Below are positions 22,831 through 34,600 of a DNA stretch of 64,000 nucleotides, piece after piece. The stretch spans positions 64,001-128,000 of the forward strand of contig CAVYTU010000009.1 of assembly GCA_963771465.1 (NCBI GenBank), in the 5' to 3' direction. The position numbers and the translations under genes are program-made. The DNA is from an uncultured delta proteobacterium. GTDB taxonomy: Bacteria > Desulfobacterota > Binatia > UBA9968. The notes beneath the pieces are model-generated. The model was not told the origin of the DNA. It did not search any database and saw only the letters and a list, made by a program, of their open reading frames with translations. The first letter of the stretch is position 1. Every line of letters starts with the position of its first letter.

Positions 22831-25800
22831 TCAGGACAATAGTGTCGCCGCTGTCGCCATAGAAGATAGCAAGGTAACTAAGTGTCTTTTAATGCGTGAA
22901 ACCATTTTTACTACTGCTCCGCTGCGAATGATTATTCTTTCACGGGCAGGTCTCTGAAGGGCCAGCTTCCTCATGCGGGAACGTAACGTGTTGGGATGCA
23001 GCCCTAAAATCACCGCCGCCCCCTTCGGCCCCTCAATCCGCCAACTCGTTTGATGCAAGACCTCTAGAATATGGGCTTTCTCTAGTTCGGCCAACGTTGC
23101 CTCTCGTTCGGCAGTGATCGTCTCTGGGATTGAAGTTGGTTTGCCGTTCGAACTCAGCCCCGTGGCACGGTCAATCACATGCTTACCTTCCATCCTTCGG
23201 GCAGTTGGAGGGTTGAGCCGGTGGAAGTGACGGCCGCTCGGCCGATCACATTCTCCAACTCGCGCACGTTGCCGGGCCAACTGTAACCCCGCAACGCTCC
23301 GATCACTGGAGTCGGTATCTGTGCCAAAACTCTTCCCCAACCGCCGCCCAGATTCCTGTATAAAATACCTCTGCCAATAACCCAATATCCTCTGTGCGTT
23401 CCCTGAGCGGCGGTATCTCGAATCGGATAAACATTCAACCGATAGTATAAGTCGGTGCGAAATCTGCCGCGCTGCGCCGCTTCGCTCAGATTGCGGTTGG
23501 TCGCCGCTATTACCCGCACGTCCACCTTGATCGTCTTACCGCTCCCCAACCGCTCAAACTCTCCCTCCTGCAATACCCTCAACAACTTCGACTGCAGCCG
23601 CAACGGCAATTCGCCGACCTCGTCCAAAAATATCGTCCCATGATCGGCCAACTCAAACCGTCCCACCTGCTTGGATACCGCCCCCGTAAATGCTCCCCGC
23701 TCGTGCCCAAACAATTCACTCTCGATCAGCTCCGCCGGCAACGCCGAACAGTTCACCTTCACCAACGGCCGCTCCCGCCGCCTGCTCTTCTCGTGTACCG
23801 CGCGCGCGACCAACTCCTTGCCCGTCCCCGTCTCGCCCAATACGAACACCGTCATGTCGGTCCCGGCTACCTGCTCCACTTGTTGCAATACCTGACCGAT
23901 CCCTTGGCTCTCCCCGATGATCTCCCCATACCGGTGTGATCCCATCACTTCGGATCGCAAATACACGTTCTCGGCTTCCAACCGCTCCTTGAGCCGCTGC
24001 ACCTCCGCCAACGCATCCTTCAATTCCTCCTCCGCTCGCTTGCGATCGGTAATGTCGCGACCGACTCCCTGGATTTCAACGACACGTCCATCTGAATCAA
24101 CCAGCAAGTGATTAGTCCAACAATGCCAACCTACACTACCGTCCGGTCTGGTAACCTCGTGCTCGTGCTCGCTTGTCGTCGTCTCGGTATTTCTGCAGAG
24201 CATTTCAATATGTTCGAGGACGGCCTTCCGCGCGCTGAGCGGAATGAGCTCCAAAAATTTTTTACCGATAAGCTGCTCGCGGGTTCTACCGAAATAACGG
24301 CAGTAAGCATCATTGACGAAGGTCAGCGTGGTGTCCGGCAAATTACGGCAAATCAGCTCGGTTTGCGTTTCCACGACATTGCGATATCTGTCTTCGCTCT
24401 TACTCAAAGCTTCCTGTACCAGCTTAAGCTCGGTGATGTCGATTACCGAGCCGATGTAACCTAAAAATTCACCTTCATTATTGAATCGCGGCGATCCTGT
24501 GTCGAGCACCGTCCGGTATTGCCCGTCATAGCGTCGAAGCCGGTAATCAACGCAAAACGTCTCGCGCTTTTGGACCGCGGCCCCAACGAATTTTTTAGTC
24601 GCCTCTCGATCGTCCGGGTGGATGCTGGCGAGCCAACCGAAACCGAGTTGTTCTTCGAAAACCGTCCCCGTAAATTCAGTCCATTGTCTGTTTACGTAGG
24701 TGCACCGACCCGAAGTATCGTTGAGCCAAATGATTGTGGGAACGTAATCGGCTATGTAACGGAAGCGGGCTTCGCTTTCCCGCAGCGCCTCCTCGATGCG
24801 TTTGCGTGCGGTGATATCTGTGACAATACCGCCGGTCGCACAAGCATTCCCGGCGACATCGAACATCGCAAACTTGTAAACAACACTGGTGTGGGGTCCG
24901 TCAGCGTGAACTGCAGTTTCCTCAAATTGCGACGCCGTCCCGGATTGGAGCACCGTAAGATCGTTGGCGCGAAACGCAAGGGCTTGTTCATGGGGAAATA
25001 AGTCGAAATCGGTCCTTCCGACGATGTCTTCACGCGACAAACGCAAAAGGGTCTTGAAACGCGAGTTGGTATATAGGTAGCGTCCTTCCCGGTCCTTAAG
25101 AAAGATGATGGCAGGGCAATTGTCCATGATCGTCTTGAGCAATGTCTGATTTTCACGCAGTGATTGCTCGGCGTTTTTGCTCTCTGTAATGTCGCGCACC
25201 ATGGTGAGAATTCGGTCGTCGTCGTAGTGAATCATGCGAGCTTCAAAATGGCGCGTTTGTTCTTTCACCGGCAGAGAAAATTCGTGAATCACCGGCTCAC
25301 CGGACTCAGCCGCACGTTTGAAGCATTTCAAAAAGGCGTCAACAAGCTGAGCAGGAAGCACTTCGCTCATGTTCTTGCCGAGAAAGTCGTCCGGCCATAG
25401 CAAGAGGTCTCGCTCGGCTTTGAAATGACAATCGACGTAGACGCCTGCGATCGTCTGGATAAACATGACGTCGGGCAAGGCGTCCAGAATTGCGTGGTTC
25501 TTGGCAGCACTCATACTTGCCAAGCTATAAGCGTGTAAGAGCTCTATGCATTGCCGTTCGTTAGTCGACTCCGCTCGCTTTCTACGTCGATGTTGTACCA
25601 GAAGCGCGACAACGAGCAACGTCTCCAGTACAAATAGAGCAGCAACGCCGAGAATTTGCCGGTGATATTCCTCCCAAAGGGTAGGTCGGCGAAATTGGAC
25701 GATAGTGTCCGGCGGTAAGAACTTTTCGTTCAGACCCCAGCGCTTGATCTGCCGCCAATCGACTGTTGGTATGGTCGGCACCGGAGGTTCCACGCGTATC

Positions 25801-26807
25801 TTGTCGGGATCTTCACCTGCAAGAATCCGCGCGACCAGCTTCCCTACCCGTTGCGCATTATCATCGAAATTTGTCATCGCGCCACCGACAATGCCCAATC
25901 CCATGAAGCTCTCGAAGAAGCTATAAACGGGTGCGGCGGATACGCTCGTCAGTTGGGTCAACACGTCGCGCGGTATCGTTGTTCGTCCGGCCGCATCTTG
26001 GAACATTGAAGTGTACAAAACGACCGTGTTGCCGGGCAGGTTGCTTACCGTCTTAAGAATTTCCGGCAACGAATGATTGGTGAGATAGGTGATTTTTGCC
26101 TGCCCTTTGAGCGAACGCAGAGCGTTTTGCACCAGCGGAATCCATGATTGATCGGTCTCGGTCACCCCGCTGACTACCACAACGCGGCTGGCGTTTGGCT
26201 GCAAACTAAACGCCATTCTCAAAGTGCCGGCAAAATCGATTTTCCCGGTTACTCCAGTCATGCGACGACCGAGTGAGCGTTTGCGCATCGAATCCTCGGA
26301 GACACCGAAGAATACGACCGCCGCTTCGGGCCACAACTGCGCTCGGTGCTTAGTAACGAAATCTAGTGCCGGCGGCTGTACTGTCATGACGATATCGAAT
26401 TTCCGATCGCGGTATTTTTGCTGAAGCAGGGCGGCAAAAACGGATTCATAACTCGGATTGGAGAGATGGGAGGCGTCGAAGGCTTCCGAGTCAAAATCGA
26501 TAGGATGTGGCGCCGCGGCGGAAACCGTCTCACGAACCATGCGCTCGACAATCACATTGGCCGGAAGGAGCGTGTTTGTGCCATGTAAAATCAGCACGCG
26601 GTGAGGTGTCTTCTCTGCCTGCGCGTTCGCGCCAATGACGAGCCAGAGTATGCCGATCATGAGGGCAATAGGCAGGCGGGTAAGTTTCGCTTTGGCGACA
26701 AACTCCATCATGAATTGCGAGACCTCGGAATCGAACGTCAATGGAAATATCACATCTCGCGCTTTCATCTCTACCATTGGTGATGATGCAGTTTCAAATC
26801 TAATCAA
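22831..26807 (-). pseudogene. Membrane-anchored multi-PAS sigma54-dependent activator, frameshifted in the AAA+/HTH junction
   Basis: Extracytoplasmic domain, TM helix, about 4 [17 protein letters not shown]. The frame breaks after YRLNVYPI and the HTH ([17 protein letters not shown]) lies in another frame. Confidence 0.85.
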
Positions 26808-27773
26808 TCAAATTTACGATGTCGACAATTTCCCAAACCTGCCGGTGACGCCCGCCTCCATCGCGGGAGCGCAGCGAAGAGTTTTGCGAATCTTACAGAA
26901 GTTATAATGGAAAGTGTATAACGCCACTTGAATAATAATCATATTCAAGGCGAACAGAATGCCGCCGAAGCTCATTTTCACGTAGGCCGTGAAGTGAGAA
27001 ATACAATGGCTAGAGCCGGTGGAAAGATGCCAGAAAATTTGCCAAGAGAACCGTCAATAAAAAACTCGCGAGACTAATCTCGCGATAGAAAATTTCTCAG
27101 GTAAGAAGCTGACCGCACCTCAGTAAAGCTCGGCGACGCATAATCGCCTTGTCATTTGGGGCTCGCCCCAAGCTTGCTCAGCGCGACCGCATGCGGGTTT
27201 CTAGTATCCGGTTTCTCCTGGAGGCGCGTTTCCCGTTACCTTGTCGATGACCGCTTTCGCAATTTGCGTAAAATTCTGGTCATACCACTTTCAGGAATGC
27301 ATGCGTCACTCGTAAGTGCGTCGGTGCGTCATAGTGAGCAAATCATTGGCCGGACTAGCGTTCCTCAGAGCGGGAGGCTGTGGAGGATGGATCACGTCTC
27401 GGCCGAATGCCGGATGGTTGAGGCTCATAACGAAAGGCACAGTATGCATCGAGCGTTCGCTGTAATCCCGCAGCTTCTTCATCCGGTATTGGTCATCTTG
27501 CGTGCAGCGTCCGCGTCAGAACGCTTTTCACATCCGCAAACAAGGCTCAAAACGATAACCCCGCAACACTCGAGAGTTCTGTTTCACGTTTGTCATTTCG
27601 CCTTTCACACGCGAACAACCAGGAATTGATGCGCACCGCGTCACGCGAAGCCGCAATGAATCAGACAGTCGGTAGATTTTTCTTGTGCTCGTTTCGGTCG
27701 CCGCACTCTGGCTGTCAACAGCAATACTTCGCTGCCATCCAAACTAGGTTTATTCGATGCGCGAACGCTTTGA

Positions 27774-27812
27774 TATCAGGAATTCCTTATCGGCAGATTC
27801 GAAATTCCTTAG
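27774..27812 (-). promoter_or_regulatory. Operator pair variant with no intact downstream gene
   Basis: TATCAGGAATTCCTTAT and GATTCGAAATTCCTTAG, 22 bp apart. Confidence 0.45.
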
Positions 27813-28093
27813 TCCTCTTCCAGATGACGGCATAGAACAAGCAAGACATACTGGGAGCCGGACTTACTAGCCTAAAGTGTGTGAGCAGAGTCGGAGGAGA
27901 GGAATCCCATAGCAATTAGTATTTTCCTTGAACGGGCCGATTGGTCGACAGCCCGAGAATCTATCACGGTAGGTGCTGCCCGCGTGTGGGGCGCAAAAAA
28001 CCGCCCCCACACGACCACTCGATTAATTCAAAGGTTGATTAATCTACTTTGACGCCCGTTTTGAGAGGAGCTTCCGCGCCCCTCCCATTCACT

Positions 28094-28809
28094 TCACTGG
28101 ACTTTGATTTCGACACGCCGGTTTTTGGAGCGGCCTTCAGCGGTTTTATTATCCGCGATCGGCTTGCTCTCGCCAAAGCCCTGTCCCGAGACACGGCCGC
28201 CGTCCACACCCTTCTTCACGACGTAATCTTTCACCGAAGCTGTGCGCCGTTCCGACAGAGCCTGGTTGTACGCATCTGAACCGACGCTGTCGGTATGGCC
28301 GGCCAAGCTCGCCTTTTTGTCTTTATTCTCGTTCATGAAAGCGACCAGCCGATCCAGGATCGCGCCAGCTTCCGACTTGATGTTACTCTTGTCGAAATCA
28401 AAGAGCACGTCATCCAGAATAATCGTCCGCTCAACCACTGGCGCGGGCTTGGGTGCGGCGGCGGCGGCGGTGGTGGTGGTGCCGGCTTTGGCGCAGGCGG
28501 TGGTGGCGGCGGAGGTGGTGGCGGAGGTGGTGGTGGCGGTGGCGGCGGCGCTGGCTTTGGATCTTCAGTCAATAAGTAAGCCAAACCACCGCAGACCAAT
28601 GCGCCGGTAACCGCGCCAATCGCAGCTCCTAAAGCCTCGTTACGATGTTTGCCGTTGACACCTTGGTGCGCGACAGCTGCGCCGCCCGCGCCGCCCATGA
28701 CACCGCAAACGCTAGCGCCCACAAGCGCAGCCTGGTTCCTGGTTAACCCAGTACAACCCGCCATGAAAAAACCTAGCAAAGCTAACGCCAATTGTTTGTT
28801 TTTCTTCAT
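28094..28809 (-). pseudogene. OmpA-family lipoprotein (glycine zipper, poly-Pro linker, OmpA_C); 1-nt frameshift near 28455
   Basis: MAGC lipobox, GAAIGAVTG, poly-Pro; LFDFDKS...GHTDSVG...NRRVEI in the adjacent frame. Confidence 0.85.
28440..28560. repeat. CCG/CCA trinucleotide tract encoding poly-proline
   Basis: GGC/GGT tandem triplets visible on the + strand. Confidence 0.9.
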
Positions 28810-28907
28810 CACTCCCCCAGTTGGTTTAGTTTCGGCTCCGCTCCGATCATTTGACGATTCTTTAGATTTATATTGCTCAACCCTAAAATAGTTCCGTATT
28901 CCGCGCA

Positions 28908-28946
28908 ATTGGGAAATCCCTTATTTGAAGCGTCGATTTTCCTGAG
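28908..28946 (-). promoter_or_regulatory. 17-bp operator plus secondary site upstream of the ompA-family gene
   Basis: ATTGGGAAATCCCTTAT and GCGTCGATTTTCCTGAG, 22 bp apart. Confidence 0.6.
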
Positions 28947-29030
28947 CTTTCCAGAAAAGAGGTTAGTGCACCAAAACCACATGTCCATACGAAGTACCTG
29001 CCCATGTGATTGAAACTTCATCGTAAGCGT

Positions 29031-29708
29031 TTAAAGCGAAGTCAATCCTTCGCGGATGCAATATTTTGTCAGGCCGGCGGTGGATCGAATACCGAGCTTG
29101 TCCATGACCTGCTTGCGGTGTGTCTCTATCGTTTTAACACTTACTTCGAGAGTCGCCGCGATCTCCTTTGTCGAGTTACCGTCCGCGATCAGTTGCAAGA
29201 CCTGCAGTTCTCTTCTGGTCAGCCGTTGCGCATTGACAAGGTTTTTTAGTGAAAGATCGGCTGCTTCGTTCTTCAACGTAACTGCGGTCGATATTGAAGG
29301 ACTCAAATACATTCCACCTTGGGATACCGCTTCCAACGCCGCGGCGAGGTCCTCCAAAGCGGAATCTTTGAGGAGATATGCGGACGCGCCGGCTTGCAGC
29401 AGTTGGAGCACGTAGCTGCGAGTCGCATGCATGGAAAGTACAACGACCTCGATTTCCGGCTGCGCGGATTTAATCTGCCGCGTAGCATCGATACCGTTGA
29501 GATTCGGTAACATGATATCCATGATGACGATGTCCGGATGCAATTCTTTGGCTTGTCTCACCGCCTCGTATCCGTCATTTGCTTCTGCGACACATTCATA
29601 TCCGAGTTTTTCTTCAAGCAATGCCCGGAGCCCCTCGCGCATCATCTTATGGTCTTCCGCAATGAGAATGCGCCTTCCGGCGGAATTTTTTTTGGGCGGT
29701 TTATCCAT
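29031..29708 (-). CDS. NarL/LuxR-family response regulator
   Basis: ILIAEDH...IMDIMLP...LTRRELQVLQLIADGNSTKEIA...KTIETHR. Confidence 0.95.
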   Translation of the reverse strand: MDKPPKKNSAGRRILIAEDHKMMREGLRALLEEKLGYECVAEANDGYEAVRQAKELHPDIVIMDIMLPNLNGIDATRQIKSAQPEIEVVVLSMHATRSYVLQLLQAGASAYLLKDSALEDLAAALEAVSQGGMYLSPSISTAVTLKNEAADLSLKNLVNAQRLTRRELQVLQLIADGNSTKEIAATLEVSVKTIETHRKQVMDKLGIRSTAGLTKYCIREGLTSL

Positions 29709-29808
29709 GTCAGGGCAAACCAAGCTAAATATTTTCCGACCTATGGGCCTGGGATACGCATAGATTGCTGCCTCAGATCGTGATTCACACGAACGAAAGG
29801 AAAACGCT

Positions 29809-29847
29809 ACCGGGAATTCTCTGATTTTTCGCGTCGAATTTTCTTAG
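29809..29847 (-). promoter_or_regulatory. 17-bp operator plus secondary site upstream of the second response regulator
   Basis: ACCGGGAATTCTCTGAT and GCGTCGAATTTTCTTAG, 22 bp apart. Confidence 0.6.
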
Positions 29848-29869
29848 ATCGAAGAGAAGGGCCCCCACT

Positions 29870-30517
29870 CTACTGGATCGATGTGATTCCTTCGCGGATT
29901 GCAAATTTTGTCAGTTGGGGGATATTGGGCAGTTTCAATCGATCCATAATTTGTCGGCGGTGGGTTTCGACAGTTTTAATGCTGACGTAAAGATTGGCTG
30001 CGATTTCTTTAGTGGACTTCCCCTCTGCGACGAGTTGTAATACTTCGCGTTCTCGATTGGATATTTTGGGGAGTTGACATTGCGACTCTGACAGCCACTG
30101 CGCAACTGCTCTTCCGACCACGACCTCGGCAACGTCGGGCCCAACGTATTTTCGCCCTGCCAAAACTACCTTTAGCGCGTTGCTGATCTCCTCAACACCC
30201 GAGTCTTTGAGCAAATATCCGGAGGCGCCGGCTGCAAACGAGTCCAGGATGCAACGGCTCTCAGTGTGCATAGAGACGACTAAAACTTTAACATGAGAAA
30301 ATTCCCGATGTATTTGCCCAGTAAGCTCGATCCCGTTGCGCCCTGCCATGCTAACGTCCGTTATGACAGCTTCGGGTTTTAGTTTTGCAATCAGCCTTAA
30401 CGCCTCGCGACCATCGTCTGCCTCACCCACAATTTGGAAATCCTCTTTCTCGAGCATGGGCTTTAGGCAGGCTCGGAACAGACGGTGATCATCTGCTAGA
30501 ATGATTCTCGGTCGCAT
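29870..30517 (-). CDS. NarL/LuxR-family response regulator
   Basis: IILADDH...ITDVSM...ISNREREVLQLVAEGKSTKEIA. Confidence 0.95.
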   Translation of the reverse strand: MRPRIILADDHRLFRACLKPMLEKEDFQIVGEADDGREALRLIAKLKPEAVITDVSMAGRNGIELTGQIHREFSHVKVLVVSMHTESRCILDSFAAGASGYLLKDSGVEEISNALKVVLAGRKYVGPDVAEVVVGRAVAQWLSESQCQLPKISNREREVLQLVAEGKSTKEIAANLYVSIKTVETHRRQIMDRLKLPNIPQLTKFAIREGITSIQ

Positions 30518-30521
30518 AACA

Positions 30522-31352
30522 CTAAGTAACATTGATGATTGGCAAAGTAATGCACCCTTTGGTGCCATTACCGATATGAGAAAAAATACGCAGATCTCCG
30601 CCGAGGGACGCAAGGTCTGCGCGTACACTAAACAGTCCAAACCTACCGGTGCTCAGGTCGGAAAGAACAGTCTTGTGATGATCAAAGCCCCGGCCATCGT
30701 CGCATACTTCGATTGAAAGCGACCCCACTTTACGCGTCACGACGATTTCGATCCGGGAGGCCTGAGCATGCTTGATCACATTGAAAAGGAGCTCTCGCAC
30801 GGCGCGAAAAAGAATTTGCTGGACTTCGTCTTTCAACTGTTTGGGGACTAAATCGAGTCTGGCCGTGCAAGTCAGCCCGTGTTTCTTTTGAAGCTCTTCT
30901 ATTAACGACTGCAAAGCGGTTCTGAGCCCAGTTTCGCAAAGATATTGGGGGCACAAATCAGCGATGACCGTTCGCGTACGGCGAATCAGGCCGGTGATAA
31001 TTTCCCCAATTCCTTCGACAGAAGCGCGGTCCTGCGGAGGCAGCCTGATCATGAGCTCCGCTAGCCGCATTTTTGCAACCACAAGATCCTGGCCGAACTC
31101 GTCATGTAGCTGCTCGGCAACCTTTTGTCTTTCCTTCTCTTTCACGCGAGAAAGTTCGCGTGCCAGGGTTTTGAGCGCCTCCTCGTAGTTCGCGACATAG
31201 GTTACTGCCTCGCCTGGCTTGGTTGATGAAGTTTTACTGAACCGGCCGAATGCCCCGAACCGATCATTGGGATCCTTGTCAATAAGAGCCGTTCCGAGAG
31301 AACAGGCCGGGTCTGAATTTGACCAATTCAATGGTCTAACTTTTATATTCAT
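30522..31352 (-). CDS. Soluble HisKA_3-type histidine kinase with no recognisable sensor domain
   Basis: ERQKVAEQLHDEFGQ, ELLFNVIKHA, DDGRGF, FGLFSVR; start uncertain. Confidence 0.88.
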   Translation of the reverse strand: MNIKVRPLNWSNSDPACSLGTALIDKDPNDRFGAFGRFSKTSSTKPGEAVTYVANYEEALKTLARELSRVKEKERQKVAEQLHDEFGQDLVVAKMRLAELMIRLPPQDRASVEGIGEIITGLIRRTRTVIADLCPQYLCETGLRTALQSLIEELQKKHGLTCTARLDLVPKQLKDEVQQILFRAVRELLFNVIKHAQASRIEIVVTRKVGSLSIEVCDDGRGFDHHKTVLSDLSTGRFGLFSVRADLASLGGDLRIFSHIGNGTKGCITLPIINVT

Positions 31353-31365
31353 GCCAATAGACAAG

Positions 31366-31382
31366 CGCAATTTTAATACCAG
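31366..31382 (-). promoter_or_regulatory. Candidate sigma54 -24/-12 promoter
   Basis: Minus strand CTGGTATTAAAATTGCG = GG-N10-GC, ending TTGC. Confidence 0.55.
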
Positions 31383-31655
31383 ACTTGCAATGCCAAGCTA
31401 TGAAGAAGTCAAACGAAGTGAAACGAAGCGAAACGAGATTGAGGCTGTCGGCTCGGTGTCAGGAATACAGGGGTATGCTACAGAAAGCCGCCTAGAGTGC
31501 CATCAATGCGGAAATAATGACAAATTTGCTCAAATGCTAAGTCGTTTTAAACGCAGTAAAAATATTTTTTAAAAAGAACGTTAATAATCGGTGACGTTTT
31601 TAAAAGGAGGCTTGCAGTATTTAGACTACTCTGTTAACTCACTTCCCGATCCATG

Positions 31656-34600
31656 TTATTTCGTGGTTTCGACTGAATTTCGTAGTTTCGGCGCTTTTGT
31701 GATACCAAGTTTCCGAAGACGTGAGCGCAGTGTATTAGGATGCAGGCCCAAAATCATTGCCGCCCCCTTCGGCCCTTCAATCCGCCAGTTTGTCTGATCG
31801 AGAACCTCCAGGATTCGCGTCCGCTCGAATTGCTCCAGCGTGGGCATCGATTGTGGGCTTTCGCTTCGCAAGCTCAATGGCTCCGGTATTGTCTTCAAAG
31901 GTGTAGATGACAGTCCTGTAACCGGAGCTTTGTTCCATCCCTCGGGCAGTTGGAGGGCTGCAGCAGTGGAAAGGACCGCCGCTCTGCTGATCACGTTCTC
32001 CAGTTCCCGCACGTTGCCAGGCCAACTATAGGCGCGCAACGCTTCGATTACCTCATTCGGTATCTTTCCAAAGCTCTTCCCCAACCGCCGCGTGGCTTCG
32101 TTTAAAAATACCTCGGACAATAAGCCGATGTCGCCTCTTCTGTCTCGCAGCGGAGGAAGCTCGATCGGATAAACATTCAACCGATAGTATAAATCGGCAC
32201 GAAAGCGCCCGCGCTGCGCCGCTTCACTCAAATTGCGGTTGGTCGCCGCGATCATCCGCACATCGACTTTGATCGTCTTGCCGCTCCCCAGTCGCTCAAA
32301 CTCGCCCTCTTGCAGTACCCTTAATAGTTTTGACTGCAGGCGCAACGGAACCTCGCCCACCTCGTCGAGAAAGATCGTCCCTCCGTCAGCTAACTCGAAG
32401 CGCCCTACTTGCTTCGATACCGCTCCGGTAAATGCTCCGCGCTCGTGCCCAAACAATTCACTTTCGATCAATTCCGCAGGCAAGGTCGAACAGTTCACCT
32501 TGACCAACGGCCGTTCGCTGCGTGCGCTCTTCTCGTGCACCAGGCGCGCTACCAATTCTTTTCCCGTTCCCGTCTCCCCCAGAATCAAAACCGTCATATC
32601 GGTTGGCGCTACCCGGTCTACTTGCTCGAAAACCTTTTGGATCCCTTCGCTCGCCCCGATTATCTCTCCATAACGGTGGACTCCCGATACCTCGGACCGC
32701 AAATACACATTCTCCACTTCCAACTGCTCTTTTAACCGCTTGACTTCCGATAGTGCCTCCTCTAAATCCTGTTCCGCACGCTTACGGTCGGAGATGTCGT
32801 GAGAGATGGCGACCAGCGCGATGATGTCCCCATCCTTACTTCGTAGTGGCGCAGCGTGTGACTCCATCCAACGGCGTTTTCCCTTAAGTCCGATGATTTC
32901 AAACTGCGCCACTGCGCTTTCTCCCCGGCAAACTCGGCGATGCAAATTTTCATAGGTAGCATGCCACTCCGGCACTATAATCGCCATGACGGACTGGCCC
33001 ACGACTTGCCTTAAACAATCGGCCTCGATCATAGCCAATCCAGCCGGATTCATATCCAGTAACCGGTAATCCGGAGCCACGAGTTTCACACACACCGGCT
33101 GCGACTCGAAAATCGCACGCCGCAGACCTTCGCTTTCCCGCAACGCCTCCTCGGCTCGCTTGCGCTCGGTGATGTCTCGAATGTAGCTTAGACAGTGTAT
33201 AGGATTGTCTTTTGCGTCGGTGACGATCGAAACATTAACGTAAACCCAAACGATCCCTCCATCCTTACGAATGTAGCGTTTCTCTATGTCGAAGGATTTG
33301 ATTTCACCCCGCAGGACCCGTAATCGCTGTTCCACATTGCCCTTGAGATCATCGGGATGTGTCAATTCGTGAAAGCGGCGCCCCAATAATTCCCTTTCCG
33401 TATAACCGAGCAGCTTGCACAATGTGGGTGGCACCTTAAGCCAACGACCTTCCAAGTCTGTATGCGTCACCATCACTAGCGAAAATTCTTCCGTCCGAGC
33501 TAAACGGCCTTCGGTCTCGCGCAACGCTTCTTCGGCGCGCTTGCGCTCAGTGATGTCCAGTAAGACGCCCATCCTGTGCCCGTCGTGGCGGCCACGCTCG
33601 ACGACGGTCCGTCCCTTGGCTAACACCCACCGCTCTGTCCCCCCGGGGAGAACGGTACGAAACTCTCCCTGAAACGGCTGGCCAATCGCGGCCGTGCGCT
33701 CGATTTCAGACTGCATACGGGTCCGATCATCTGGATGTACTCGGGCAAGCATCTCATCGTATCGAAGCCGATCAGTTGGGCCGAAGCCAAACAGAGAACG
33801 CGCAGGCGCGTTAGCCGCTAAATCGCCGTTTCTCAAATCACGCGACCACAGCCCCAACTCGGCGCCGCTGGTAGCGAGTTCCATCAATTGCTGGCTCTCC
33901 TGCAGCTTCGTTTTGACATAGCTCACGCGGCGGCGCTGCAAAAACAAATTGGCAATAATTGCGCTCTGAGCCAATATGATGAGCCCACCGAGAATGTACC
34001 ATCGATATTGTTCCCATAGTGATTCCGGCCGAAATCGAACAACGCTATTAGCAGGCAACCGACCTTCGCTGATGTTCCACCGCTTCAAAGCCCGCCCATC
34101 GAATGTTGGCACGCTGTCGGTGCGAATTTCGAAAGGCAGCGCCACCGGCAATGTGCCGGTTAAAATCAGACGCGCCATTTCGCCTGCCCGTTTGCCAAAA
34201 GCCTCGACACTTGCCAATGAGCCACCCACGGCGCCCGTGCCAAAACTAGCATCCGTCATTACATAGACCGGCACATTAGCCGACCGACCAATCCACTGGC
34301 CCACCTCAGAGGAAATAAAAGCCTGACTTGCGGCGTCAAGAAACATCCGAGCGAACAGAATCGCGCTGCCCGGTGGTAGCATCGTTACTGATTGACGCAA
34401 TTCGGCCATGGTAAGGTTGTCCCAGAAAGCGATTTCGACACGGCCCTTTATCGACTGCGCTGCGTCCTTAACGCGCTGGAGTACCTGCCGATCGATTTCC
34501 GCCGTACCGCCGATGACGACGACACGCCGCAGTTCGGGTTGCAGGCGGAGGATCAATTCCAGCGTCGCGCGCGGATTGATACGCTGCGCCACGCCGCTGA

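Noticed and set aside
27330-27600. Possible decayed lipoprotein (VLSLVCGC) on the minus strand below the 27774 operator
   Set aside because: No clean start and several stops; it cannot be supported.
27983-28013. GC-rich hairpin downstream of the ompA-family gene
   Set aside because: No U-tract on either side, so not called as a terminator.
28295-28579. Poly-Gly ORF on the + strand
   Set aside because: Reverse reading of the ompA poly-Pro tract.
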